This document shows, in pieces, positions 48,737-57,883 of a DNA stretch of 64,000 nucleotides (its first letter is position 1; the number at the start of each line of letters is the position of its first letter). The notes under the pieces are model-generated. The model was not told the origin of the DNA. It saw nothing but the letters and a program-made list of their open reading frames with translations, and did not search any database. The stretch covers positions 32,001 to 96,000 of IMG/VR virus record IMGVR_UViG_3300032303_002003, one strand, 5' to 3'. The stretch is from a virus (lineage: Duplodnaviria > Caudoviricetes). The translations under genes were made by a program, and so were the position numbers.

Positions 48737-49728
48737 TTTCCAAAATTGGCAATTTTCTTTTTTAACTTATCAATATGTTTTTGCTTTAATCTGTGATTTT
48801 TTTTATTTTTTCTAAACCATTCATCCATCACAGATTCCAAACTTCTTTTTTCGGCTCTTGCTCTTCTCATAAATCCGTTGTATTGAGCTTCTAATTCGTG
48901 ATGTTGAGTATAATAATCATAAGGTTTTTCTGGGTCTTCAGGAAATTCATAACCTCTTTCGTGTTGAATCATATGTGTTAATTCGTGAGTAAGGGTTTCA
49001 TTTAATTCGCCTGTTAAATCTTGTAGGTATTCTCTACCTTCATTTGGATTGATTGTTATTGTAATTTTAATAATATCTTCATCTCTATAATAATCTGCGT
49101 CCAATTCATATCCCGAAATAGATTCATCTTCAATAATATTTAATTCGACTGAAAATTCTGTATCTAATTGCGTAAAACTATATAACATATCCTCACCACT
49201 TACATCTTCGGGTAAGGAAAATTCTCCTTCTTGTCCAAACTTTAAAAATTGTATAATATCTGCGGTTATTTTTCTAACAACGCTGTCTAATTTACCTTCA
49301 ACAATTAAATTTTCGTTCATAGTTTCTTGTTCAGGGTACAAATTTACGACTTTATTGCAAAATACCAAATAATCTTGTCCCCAATATTGTAAAAAATTTT
49401 CTAAAATTACATCAACATCATTAGATAATCTCAAATAAAAAGTGGAATTATTCATAGAACTCGGATTGTTAATAACTTTTTCACCAGGTATTAGATTTTT
49501 CATAACTTTATCAGTATCCGCATCTCCCGATGGAACTATGTAGATTGTATACATAAGATATTTAACATATTCCCCCCTCCTAATTAAACTCCTAAAATCT
49601 GTTAATTCAATTTTGATTGTTATTGGATAAAAATTATCAATTAAAGGATAATTAACACTAAATGTGTGAGTTTTAAGGAATTTATTAACTCTTGCCAATA
49701 ACTTATCTTGTGAAAATTCATTTTCCAT
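48733..49728 (-). CDS. protein with C-terminal HExxH metallopeptidase-like domain
   Basis: LTHELTHMIQ...ELEA. Confidence 0.6.
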   Translation of the reverse strand: MENEFSQDKLLARVNKFLKTHTFSVNYPLIDNFYPITIKIELTDFRSLIRRGEYVKYLMYTIYIVPSGDADTDKVMKNLIPGEKVINNPSSMNNSTFYLRLSNDVDVILENFLQYWGQDYLVFCNKVVNLYPEQETMNENLIVEGKLDSVVRKITADIIQFLKFGQEGEFSLPEDVSGEDMLYSFTQLDTEFSVELNIIEDESISGYELDADYYRDEDIIKITITINPNEGREYLQDLTGELNETLTHELTHMIQHERGYEFPEDPEKPYDYYTQHHELEAQYNGFMRRARAEKRSLESVMDEWFRKNKKNHRLKQKHIDKLKKKIANFGN

Positions 49729-49811
49729 ATCACTATAAATACCGAAAAAATAATAAGTGTTTTAGTTGATTGAGATTTTTAATTTTCTTACTTTTTTAAA
49801 AAATATATTGT

Positions 49812-50900
49812 ATGTCGAGAATAGATGAACTAAAAAAACAACACCCACAATTTAACATAAATTATTTTGATATTTTCAGGAGATTGGATATTTCAAAATC
49901 AGGTAAATATATGCCAGTAATATCACATATGGTTAATGAATCATTAAAAAAAAGGGTTGAGCACAGAAGTGAGTTAGATTCTGTAAAATCAAGATGTGAT
50001 GAATATGGATTTGATTATAAGGGACTTAATGAATATGAAATTATTGTTTCATATCTCATATTAGATTATGTTACTTCAAGAGATTGGGATATTATGAAAG
50101 AATTTATGGAGTATATGGAAAGAGGGGTTATTGATAATAAGGATGTTTTAACATATAAAAATATGGAAGATGTTAGAGCGGCAGTATCATCATCAACCTT
50201 AAAATTATATTCAAAAGAACTTCAAAATCAAATTCATAAAGAGTATGAAGATGAAACTTGGATTGCGGTTAGGCCACTTTCATTTGAAGCGTCTATGAAA
50301 TACGGAGCATCAACCAAATGGTGCACCACATACAAAAAAGAAAAAGAATATTTTGCAAAATATTTTTCAAGAGGTGTATTAGTTTATTTTATCAATAAAA
50401 TTACAGGTTATAAATTCGCATTATATAGTGAAGTTTATGAAGAAAATAACGATATTTCATTTTGGAATGCAGAAGACAGTAGAGTTGATTTTTTACAATT
50501 AGATATTGATTCATATCTATTACCAATTATTAGAAATTTAGCAACTTGTAAGATAAAGAATAGTGAGATGTTGCATCCTGATGATTTAGATAAAGTTTTA
50601 GTTGATTGTCAATATTTTATATACAAAAGCAGTTTGGTGGAAGGAATAGATTTGGCAGAAGGGCCTATTCAACCGGTGGCGGGTATTACTATGAGATATG
50701 CCAATAATGCTAATAATACTCTAACAATTAATCATCCCCCTTATCCTGATGATTACGAATATGAGGAGGTTGTTGGAGACGTTGAAGTATCGACGGCAAC
50801 TCTTATACGACCAGCAGGTGATTACATAGTATACGGTAACCCAAATCAATTTAGAATAACAAGGACAGACGATGGTGAAGTTCAATTAACAAGTGCATAA
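49812..50900 (+). CDS. hypothetical protein, ASMKYG.STKWCT family
   Basis: Shares a motif with 29802..31265. Confidence 0.7.
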   Translation: MSRIDELKKQHPQFNINYFDIFRRLDISKSGKYMPVISHMVNESLKKRVEHRSELDSVKSRCDEYGFDYKGLNEYEIIVSYLILDYVTSRDWDIMKEFMEYMERGVIDNKDVLTYKNMEDVRAAVSSSTLKLYSKELQNQIHKEYEDETWIAVRPLSFEASMKYGASTKWCTTYKKEKEYFAKYFSRGVLVYFINKITGYKFALYSEVYEENNDISFWNAEDSRVDFLQLDIDSYLLPIIRNLATCKIKNSEMLHPDDLDKVLVDCQYFIYKSSLVEGIDLAEGPIQPVAGITMRYANNANNTLTINHPPYPDDYEYEEVVGDVEVSTATLIRPAGDYIVYGNPNQFRITRTDDGEVQLTSA

Positions 50901-50929
50901 GTTTTAATTTTACCAGATATTTATTTCAT

Positions 50930-51697
50930 ATGCAAAATCTGCAAGAGCTATACGACAAATACCAAGTAACGGAAAAAAACATATCAACAGGTAATTTATC
51001 CCGACTTGAAAAAACAATAACTGAATTAGATAAGTTAGATAAGGTGTTATTACTCGCCTGTTCCAACAGATATAATTGGAATAAGGATGACGTTGATATA
51101 CCAAAATCAACAATTCTCGCTATGATAATTCAGGAAGCTCTTGGAGATAAAGCAACTCTAATAGATGTTCCTGAATTAACCATTCACCCTTGTGAAGGAA
51201 ATGTTTCAAGAAAAGATGGTAACTCCTGTGGATTGAAAAAAGCGTTACTTAAAGATGATAAAAAAAATCCATCGGGATTTCACAGATGTTGGGCTAGTCT
51301 TAATAATAGCGATGACGAACTTTGGAGAATTTCAAAAGAATTATTTGAATCAAACGCAGTTATATTTTTTACTTCCGTAAGATGGGGACAAGCAAGTATG
51401 TTCTACCAAAAACTTATTGAGAGATTAACTTGGATTGAAAATAGACACGACACTCTTGGTGAATCAAATATAATTAAAGATATTGAAAGTGGTTTTATCT
51501 GTACAGGACAAAACTGGCACGGGTTAGATGTTGTTGAAACTCAAAGAAAAGTTCATTCTTTTTATGGTTTCAAACCTAACGATAAGTTTTATTGGAATTG
51601 GCAATACACAAGTAAAGTTACTGATGAAACACAAACATCTTACAAAGATTCATTTGGCGCTTTCGCCAAAAAGTTTGGATTGGATAAGTTATATTAA
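50930..51697 (+). CDS. flavodoxin-fold protein (NADPH-dependent FMN reductase / iron-sulfur flavoprotein-like)
   Basis: VLLLACSNR, IHPCEG, AVIFFTSVRWG, KLIERL. Confidence 0.7.
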   Translation: MQNLQELYDKYQVTEKNISTGNLSRLEKTITELDKLDKVLLLACSNRYNWNKDDVDIPKSTILAMIIQEALGDKATLIDVPELTIHPCEGNVSRKDGNSCGLKKALLKDDKKNPSGFHRCWASLNNSDDELWRISKELFESNAVIFFTSVRWGQASMFYQKLIERLTWIENRHDTLGESNIIKDIESGFICTGQNWHGLDVVETQRKVHSFYGFKPNDKFYWNWQYTSKVTDETQTSYKDSFGAFAKKFGLDKLY

Positions 51698-51707
51698 GCC
51701 AACGAAT

Positions 51708-52100
51708 TTACCACGCCCTACAGCTCCAAAATTTTGGTTTCCAACGAGGTCCTGGATTTTGGCAGTTATGTCTTGCTCTAAATGACTTTCTTCTTGCAGG
51801 ATTGTTCTTTTTAATAGTCATTCTTTTTCCGTGTGCTGATTTACCACCAAACCCGAAATTAACTTTGACTACATTTCCTTTGTCGTTCTTAACATACACT
51901 TTCGATTTTTTAACATCGCCCTGCATAACCTTACCTAACTGAACTTTTCTACCCCTATATTCCGCTTCATTCAAATTATTATCATCGGCAATAAAATCTG
52001 TTATTTCCACAGAACCATATTCATCTTCATAGATGATATTTTCTCTTTCTTTAATTATATTATTTAACGCTTCTCTAATAATAAACTTTAAATTCTCCAT
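51708..52100 (-). CDS. basic protein (ARRKSFRARHNC...FWSC..W module) behind an acidic leader
   Basis: 130 aa; NLNE precedes the basic module; TATTTAT upstream. Confidence 0.7.
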   Translation of the reverse strand: MENLKFIIREALNNIIKERENIIYEDEYGSVEITDFIADDNNLNEAEYRGRKVQLGKVMQGDVKKSKVYVKNDKGNVVKVNFGFGGKSAHGKRMTIKKNNPARRKSFRARHNCQNPGPRWKPKFWSCRAW

Positions 52101-52140
52101 ATAGTGTATTTTCTAAATAAATACTTCTATATTTCACAAT

Positions 52141-52338
52141 ATGAAATCATTTTTAGTATTATTAGTTTTAATTGGTAAACTTTATTTAGGTGCAAGAATA
52201 ATGTGGTGGGTTTTTTTAAAATTCACAACACCAGAATTACACAATTTTAACGAAATTGATGTTTATGTCGTTCTTTTGATTTTTGACATATGGATTGGAG
52301 GTCAATCTGTGGAAATTGAGAAAATAAAAGAAAATTAG
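52141..52338 (+). CDS. small membrane protein
   Basis: 65 aa, two hydrophobic segments, upstream of endolysin. Confidence 0.5.
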   Translation: MKSFLVLLVLIGKLYLGARIMWWVFLKFTTPELHNFNEIDVYVVLLIFDIWIGGQSVEIEKIKEN

Positions 52339-52395
52339 TATCTCCTTTTAATAACTTAAATACTTATAGTTAAATAAACACACAATTATAATAAA

Positions 52396-53211
52396 ATGTT
52401 ATTAAAAAAAGGCTCACAAGGAGAAGAAGTTAAAAAAATTCAACAAAAGTTGGGTTTGGTTGCCGATGGAATATTTGGTTCAGGCACCGAACAGGCTGTA
52501 AAAACCTGGCAATCACAACACGGATTGATAAACGATGGTGTTATTGGAACTAACACTTGGGATAAGATGTTTCCAAAAGTAATTGGTGAACCGGCACCCG
52601 CTCCTGTGTCGTCAGGTTCATTAAAATTTGAAAGTTTAAGAGATTATATTCCCGCAAATGTATTGGCACAAATTCCCGATACAATTACAAAATTTGGAAT
52701 TAACACACCTTTAAGACTTGCACACTTTTTATCACAATGCGCTCACGAATCAGGTAAATTTAAGGTTGCAGAGGAAAATCTTAACTATTCTGCAGATGGA
52801 TTAAAGAAAATTTTCACAAAATATTTTCCGGGTAATTTGGCAGAATCTTATGCAAGACAACCTGAAAAAATCGCTTCAAGAGTTTATGGTGCTAGAATGG
52901 GTAATGGCGATGAAACAACAAAAGAAGGCTATAAATTCCGTGGAAGAGGGTATATCCAATTAACTGGTAAAGATAATTATAAATCATTTGGGCAATCTAT
53001 AAATGAGGATATTATTTCTAATCCGGATTTAGTTGCCTCAAAATATCCATTACTTTCAGCCGCTTGGTTCTTCCAAAGATGTTTAACAAAATGTGATGTA
53101 GGTGCAACTAGAGATGGTGTTATTGCGGTAACTAAATGTGTAAATGGAGGAACTAATGGGTTAAATGAACGTATTGAATATTTTAACCAATTTTATAAAT
53201 TACTATCTTAA
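52396..53211 (+). CDS. endolysin: peptidoglycan-binding domain plus GH19 domain
   Basis: ADGIFG.GT; LAHFLSQCAHESG, FRGRGYIQLTG.DNY, VNGGTNGL.ER. Confidence 0.92.
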   Translation: MLLKKGSQGEEVKKIQQKLGLVADGIFGSGTEQAVKTWQSQHGLINDGVIGTNTWDKMFPKVIGEPAPAPVSSGSLKFESLRDYIPANVLAQIPDTITKFGINTPLRLAHFLSQCAHESGKFKVAEENLNYSADGLKKIFTKYFPGNLAESYARQPEKIASRVYGARMGNGDETTKEGYKFRGRGYIQLTGKDNYKSFGQSINEDIISNPDLVASKYPLLSAAWFFQRCLTKCDVGATRDGVIAVTKCVNGGTNGLNERIEYFNQFYKLLS

Positions 53212-53248
53212 AGTCCAATCAAAACTGCCTTCTCATATATTTATTGTT

Positions 53249-53965
53249 ATGAATTACAAAAAAATATATGATGACTTAATGTCTACAAGAATTCTCTTAA
53301 AACCGCAACGAATCAAACAGAAAAGTTGTGGTTTTTATTTTGAGGGACATCACATAATACCTAAATGGATGGGCGGTTCGGGAAATAGTAATAGACCAAA
53401 AAATAATCCTAATATTGTTCTTTTAACCGCAAGGGAACATTTTTTATCTCATTGGTTATTATGGAGAATATATAGGAATAGACCATCTTCTTTAGCATTT
53501 CATAGAATGATTTCTCGCAACGGAAATCAAACTCGAATTACATCTTCCAGAGGATATGAAGAGGCTAGAGAATCTTACAGAATTACAAACTTGGGTAACA
53601 AATACGGGTTGGATAAAAAAAGGATAGTCTCAGAAGAGCAAAAGAAAAAACAATCAGAAATGATGAAAGGTAAGTATGATGGTGAAAAAAACCCTTTTTT
53701 TGGTAAAAAACACAACGACATTACTAAAGAAAAAATAAGAAAAAGTAGAGTTGATAAAAAAAAGGATAAAATTTGGAATTATTTTGGGAAAAGAATCTTA
53801 TTAAAAAATAATTTAGTTGTTGGAATATTTGAAACATCTGATGAAATTGCTGATTTCATAGGATGTAGTAAGGGTAATGTTCGTCACGTTTTATCAGGAA
53901 ATCAAAAAACTGCAAAGGGATATGTTATTAAATACTTAAAAGAATATTACGATTTATTGAAGTAA
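53249..53965 (+). CDS. HNH homing endonuclease with NUMOD3-like repeats
   Basis: MNYKKIYDDL...EGHHIIPK.MGG.....NIV.LTAREHF..H; NPFFGKKH; start corrected. Confidence 0.85.
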   Translation: MNYKKIYDDLMSTRILLKPQRIKQKSCGFYFEGHHIIPKWMGGSGNSNRPKNNPNIVLLTAREHFLSHWLLWRIYRNRPSSLAFHRMISRNGNQTRITSSRGYEEARESYRITNLGNKYGLDKKRIVSEEQKKKQSEMMKGKYDGEKNPFFGKKHNDITKEKIRKSRVDKKKDKIWNYFGKRILLKNNLVVGIFETSDEIADFIGCSKGNVRHVLSGNQKTAKGYVIKYLKEYYDLLK

Positions 53966-54002
53966 AAACTTGATTTTATAAAAAAAATGTGATATTTATT
54001 TC

Positions 54003-54084
54003 TTACATCACTCCTTTTTGAGAGTGTCTCATATATCAATCCTAAAAGACTCGCAAAAATAATTTTGACGAGTCTTTTTTTTTT
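54003..54084 (+). ncRNA. candidate small RNA B
   Basis: GATATTTATT upstream, CACTC/GAGTG hairpin, terminator GACTCG...CGAGTC plus long T-run, no ORF. Confidence 0.5.
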
Positions 54085-54112
54085 ATTATCTTTGTTGTAA
54101 AATAAATGTTAT

Positions 54113-55003
54113 ATGCCATTATTACAAAAACCAACCAACATTTACCACACGGGTGAACAAAATACTGCAAGTTCAAAAGATTCTTGGATGAATGAGTTTG
54201 AGGATATGTTTAAGACAGAACTTGGTGAGAAAGTTGTTGAAGAAACCTTAAAACAAGATAAGATACAAGAGTTTGTAGAACCGGTAAAAGTAATTGAACC
54301 AACTATTGACGAACTTACATACGAACAAAAAATGGAGTTTGTTAAAAAATTCGCAAAAGAATTTAATTTGGAATTCACGATGAAAGTCACGCCTTCTATA
54401 CCTGTAAATTCAACTCCCTCTGTAACCCCAACTATTGAGCCTGTAAAAGAAGAGGAAGTAATTGAACCTGAACCAATTAAAGAAGAAGTTAAGGTTGAAA
54501 CTCCAAAACAAACGGAAAAGCCGATTACCTTTAATTTTGAAAAACCTGAAGGGTGGAACAAGAAAAGAAATAGAATGAGTTTTTCTAAAGTTTTTTTTAA
54601 CGGATTATTCGGTATTGATATGGACCCAGCTGATTTTAGAAGATATGAGAAATTTATGGATAATTTTAAACCAGTACTTATTATTTTATTAATTGCGGGA
54701 CTTGTTATTTCAGGTTATTACTTTAAGGTTGATGATAAAAACACAGGAAAAAAAGTAACACTTATTGATAGGACTTTTAATTTTTGTGTTGATACGTATG
54801 ATAAATGGACAGGAAGAGATAAAAAATATAACCCTACTGATACAATAAAAGTTTATAATCAGGACACACCTGTAACCGAAACATTTAATATTAACTATCA
54901 ACCATATTATCTTGATTCACTTAATAAAATAGATACAACTAAAATAGATACCACTCAAACTTCAAGTGATTGGGAAAAAGAATATCAACAATTAAATAAT
55001 TAA
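54113..55003 (+). CDS. single-pass membrane protein
   Basis: PVLIILLIAGLVISGYYF TM; TATCTTTG upstream. Confidence 0.65.
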   Translation: MPLLQKPTNIYHTGEQNTASSKDSWMNEFEDMFKTELGEKVVEETLKQDKIQEFVEPVKVIEPTIDELTYEQKMEFVKKFAKEFNLEFTMKVTPSIPVNSTPSVTPTIEPVKEEEVIEPEPIKEEVKVETPKQTEKPITFNFEKPEGWNKKRNRMSFSKVFFNGLFGIDMDPADFRRYEKFMDNFKPVLIILLIAGLVISGYYFKVDDKNTGKKVTLIDRTFNFCVDTYDKWTGRDKKYNPTDTIKVYNQDTPVTETFNINYQPYYLDSLNKIDTTKIDTTQTSSDWEKEYQQLNN

Positions 55004-55007
55004 ACAT

Positions 55008-55520
55008 ATGAAAAAATTTATAAAATCTTTAACTAATTTTTGGACTTTTAGAAAAGTAATTTGGAATTTCAGGTGGTGGGATTACTCCTTCACTTTGGAT
55101 GTGCTAAAAGTTTGTCTAAAAGAAATGTCCAATAATCTTGAAACAAAAGGTATTGAGGTTGATGCTCCAAGAATTAAAAAAGTTGAAAAGATGAGAAGAG
55201 CAATTGAGATTATGAATAATATGAAAGGTGTTACTCATATTGAAATGGCGGAAAAAGAACTTGGTGAGTTATTTATTGAACCGTTTGAATTTAAACCCTC
55301 CGAATCACACCCCGGTTCATTTGAATTAGTTGATAATAAAAAACCTGAACAAAAAGAACATAATAATAAAGTTTATGCAAGAGCTCGTGAAATAGAAGAA
55401 CAAGAATGGGCGGAACTTTGGGAGATATTCAAAGGACAAAACAACTCCGAGTATGATTGTGAAAAACAAGATTGGAATGATTGGTTTGACGGGACGGGAG
55501 CCCGCGGATGGTGGGATTAG
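55008..55520 (+). CDS. hypothetical protein
   Basis: 170 aa; WWD motifs at both ends. Confidence 0.7.
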   Translation: MKKFIKSLTNFWTFRKVIWNFRWWDYSFTLDVLKVCLKEMSNNLETKGIEVDAPRIKKVEKMRRAIEIMNNMKGVTHIEMAEKELGELFIEPFEFKPSESHPGSFELVDNKKPEQKEHNNKVYARAREIEEQEWAELWEIFKGQNNSEYDCEKQDWNDWFDGTGARGWWD

Positions 55521-55539
55521 AATTAAAAAAATTTATAAT

Positions 55540-55695
55540 ATGTGGATAATATATTTAGTAATGTTTGTTATTACAGCGATTATTTCCTATCTTTGGACAA
55601 TAGGAATTGATAAAATGAAGGATAAACACCCTGACTATAAGGGTGATGACTTTTTAAATTTTGAAGAAGATGAAGACTATAAAATTCATAAGTGA
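55540..55695 (+). CDS. small membrane protein
   Basis: MWIIYLVMFVITAIISYLW...HPDYKGDDF; start corrected. Confidence 0.55.
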   Translation: MWIIYLVMFVITAIISYLWTIGIDKMKDKHPDYKGDDFLNFEEDEDYKIHK

Positions 55696-56347
55696 TACTC
55701 ACGGAAAACACGAATATCTCACAAGTAAGGGTATGGGAAACATTTTAGGTAGTGGCGATATTCTAGTTCACTGCGGAGATGTAACTAATATGGGAAGAAG
55801 TCACGAAATCAAGGAATTTTTAGATTGGTTCAGTAACACACCATTTACTCACAAGGTATTTATCGCAGGAAACCACGATTTTGGATTCCAATATGCAGAT
55901 ACAATTGCACCTGAATATATTGAGAAAGGTGTTCATTACCTTTTTGATAGTAGTGTTGAAATTGATGGGATAAAATTTTATGGTAGTCCTTGGCAACCTG
56001 AATTTTATGATTGGGCGTTTAATCTTCCAAGAGGAGAAAAACTTGCCGAAAAGTGGGCTAAAATACCGGGTAATACTGATATTCTTATAACTCACGGACC
56101 GGCATTTAGAATGTTAGACCACACCATAAGTGGGCAAATGGTTGGGGATGAAGATTTATTTAACAGAATTATGGAAATTCAACCAAAAATCCACGCTTGT
56201 GGGCACATCCACTGGGCTTACGGACAAAAGAGTTTTAATGATGTTGATTTTATAAATGCTTCCGTTCTTAATGAAAGATATGAACACGAAAACAAACCTA
56301 TTGTTGTTAATTTTGATGAAAACACCAAATTATTTGATTACATTTAA
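55670..56347 (+). CDS. metallophosphoesterase (MPPED-like)
   Basis: ISDTH, HCGD, AGNHD, THGP and GHIH motifs. Confidence 0.9.
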   Translation: MKTIKFISDTHGKHEYLTSKGMGNILGSGDILVHCGDVTNMGRSHEIKEFLDWFSNTPFTHKVFIAGNHDFGFQYADTIAPEYIEKGVHYLFDSSVEIDGIKFYGSPWQPEFYDWAFNLPRGEKLAEKWAKIPGNTDILITHGPAFRMLDHTISGQMVGDEDLFNRIMEIQPKIHACGHIHWAYGQKSFNDVDFINASVLNERYEHENKPIVVNFDENTKLFDYI

Positions 56348-56358
56348 AAAAAATTAAA

Positions 56359-56541
56359 ATGAAAACATTAAAAGCATTAAAAAATTGGATTAAGGGTTAT
56401 AGATTACACCCAAAAGAAGCCAGAAGAATTGAAGACTTATGGAATAACATTAAAATTGGTTTTTTTACTATTTTATTTATTCTAATTATTATTTGGTTAT
56501 TATCTGGTTTTGGATTTTTTGATACTAAACTAGGATATTAA
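56359..56541 (+). CDS. small membrane protein
   Basis: 60 aa, one TM. Confidence 0.5.
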   Translation: MKTLKALKNWIKGYRLHPKEARRIEDLWNNIKIGFFTILFILIIIWLLSGFGFFDTKLGY

Positions 56542-56548
56542 ATTAAAA

Positions 56549-56755
56549 ATGACACCACAGGAGGCGTATAAAAACTATTACAGATATTGTAGAGATACGG
56601 AAACTTGGACTTCTGATTTTATTAGACATAATCTCAAAAAGAGTTATATTGACTATGAGGAGTTTAATTTTGAGGAGTTCAAAGATAAGATATTAACTGA
56701 TGATAAGTTTAATGAGCGGTGGGGTAATGGATGTAGGGAAAAATTAAAAAAATAA
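56549..56755 (+). CDS. hypothetical protein
   Basis: 68 aa ORF in operon. Confidence 0.55.
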   Translation: MTPQEAYKNYYRYCRDTETWTSDFIRHNLKKSYIDYEEFNFEEFKDKILTDDKFNERWGNGCREKLKK

Positions 56756-56759
56756 GATT

Positions 56760-57227
56760 ATGAATAAAAAATTTAGAGAACATAGACCAGGATATTTTTC
56801 AGGTTTTGAGAATCAAACATATGATGTTAAAGATTTTAATGAAGTATTAGAAATACCGTTTGTTAAAAAATTTTCAGAAGATAAAGGATTCTATTCTTAT
56901 GCGGTGAGTGTTAATACCGAACCTGAATATAAATTAACTCTTATGGCGTTATATAATTGGGATGATGAATATAATGGTTGTAAAACTTGGTGGGTTGTTG
57001 GTTACTTACCTGGATTCATAATGTACGAAACAAAATTAAAAGAATACGAAGATTTAATTTGCGGACATAAACCAAACTGTTGGACCAGAAAATATATCGG
57101 TAATAAAGATATGTTAGGTATGAATAGACCTGAAGAAAGTAAAATGAAAATTTTAAAAGAATTGGGATGGGAAAGAGATGACCCATTTGGTATTGCAAAT
57201 TATTGTAATTGTGGATTAAAAAAATAG
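56760..57227 (+). CDS. hypothetical protein
   Basis: 155 aa ORF. Confidence 0.6.
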   Translation: MNKKFREHRPGYFSGFENQTYDVKDFNEVLEIPFVKKFSEDKGFYSYAVSVNTEPEYKLTLMALYNWDDEYNGCKTWWVVGYLPGFIMYETKLKEYEDLICGHKPNCWTRKYIGNKDMLGMNRPEESKMKILKELGWERDDPFGIANYCNCGLKK

Positions 57228-57233
57228 AAAGTT

Positions 57234-57437
57234 ATGAATTTTGGAACAAATGGATGCATGTATAACTGTGGTGATAGTTGTACAGGAGAATGTATAGAAC
57301 CTATAAAACCTATGAGTAAGAAACAAAATGCAAGAATCCTAACAGATTTATTAGAATATCTTAAAGAAGAACATTCAAATCTTCCAACACACGTTTTTGA
57401 AGTATTAGGTGAAGTAATATATGATTTAAAAAAATAG
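57234..57437 (+). CDS. hypothetical protein with Cys cluster
   Basis: CMYNCGDSCTGEC. Confidence 0.55.
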   Translation: MNFGTNGCMYNCGDSCTGECIEPIKPMSKKQNARILTDLLEYLKEEHSNLPTHVFEVLGEVIYDLKK

Positions 57438-57443
57438 AAAGTT

Positions 57444-57881
57444 ATGAATAGTGAAATAATAAAGAATAAACTTGGTGATGAATCTATGTGGAATCAGCCA
57501 GGGTTTCCCGAATCTTTTGATAAATTCATTGAGGATAAAACATCTCCCATAGGTGAAGGAAATGACCCGTGGAAATACAACATTCCATTAAATGAATTAT
57601 CCATTAACGCATCGCAAGTAGAACAACCGGTGTTTGTATATAATGGACGTGTATATCAATCTCAAATTAGAAAAGAACCTTTATTAAGAACTCACGAATT
57701 AGATAAAAACTTTTCAAATCTTGAGGATAATTCGCAAATAAAAAAAGAGTTGGAGGATTTTATAAACAACAACTACACCCATATCTACCAAGTTATTGAG
57801 GAGAGAATGGCGTCCTTTGTTGGTGATAATAGAGTAATGAATGAAGTTACATACATTATTAGAGGTGTTAAAATAATTTAA
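57444..57881 (+). CDS. hypothetical protein
   Basis: 145 aa ORF. Confidence 0.6.
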   Translation: MNSEIIKNKLGDESMWNQPGFPESFDKFIEDKTSPIGEGNDPWKYNIPLNELSINASQVEQPVFVYNGRVYQSQIRKEPLLRTHELDKNFSNLEDNSQIKKELEDFINNNYTHIYQVIEERMASFVGDNRVMNEVTYIIRGVKII

Positions 57882-57883
57882 TT

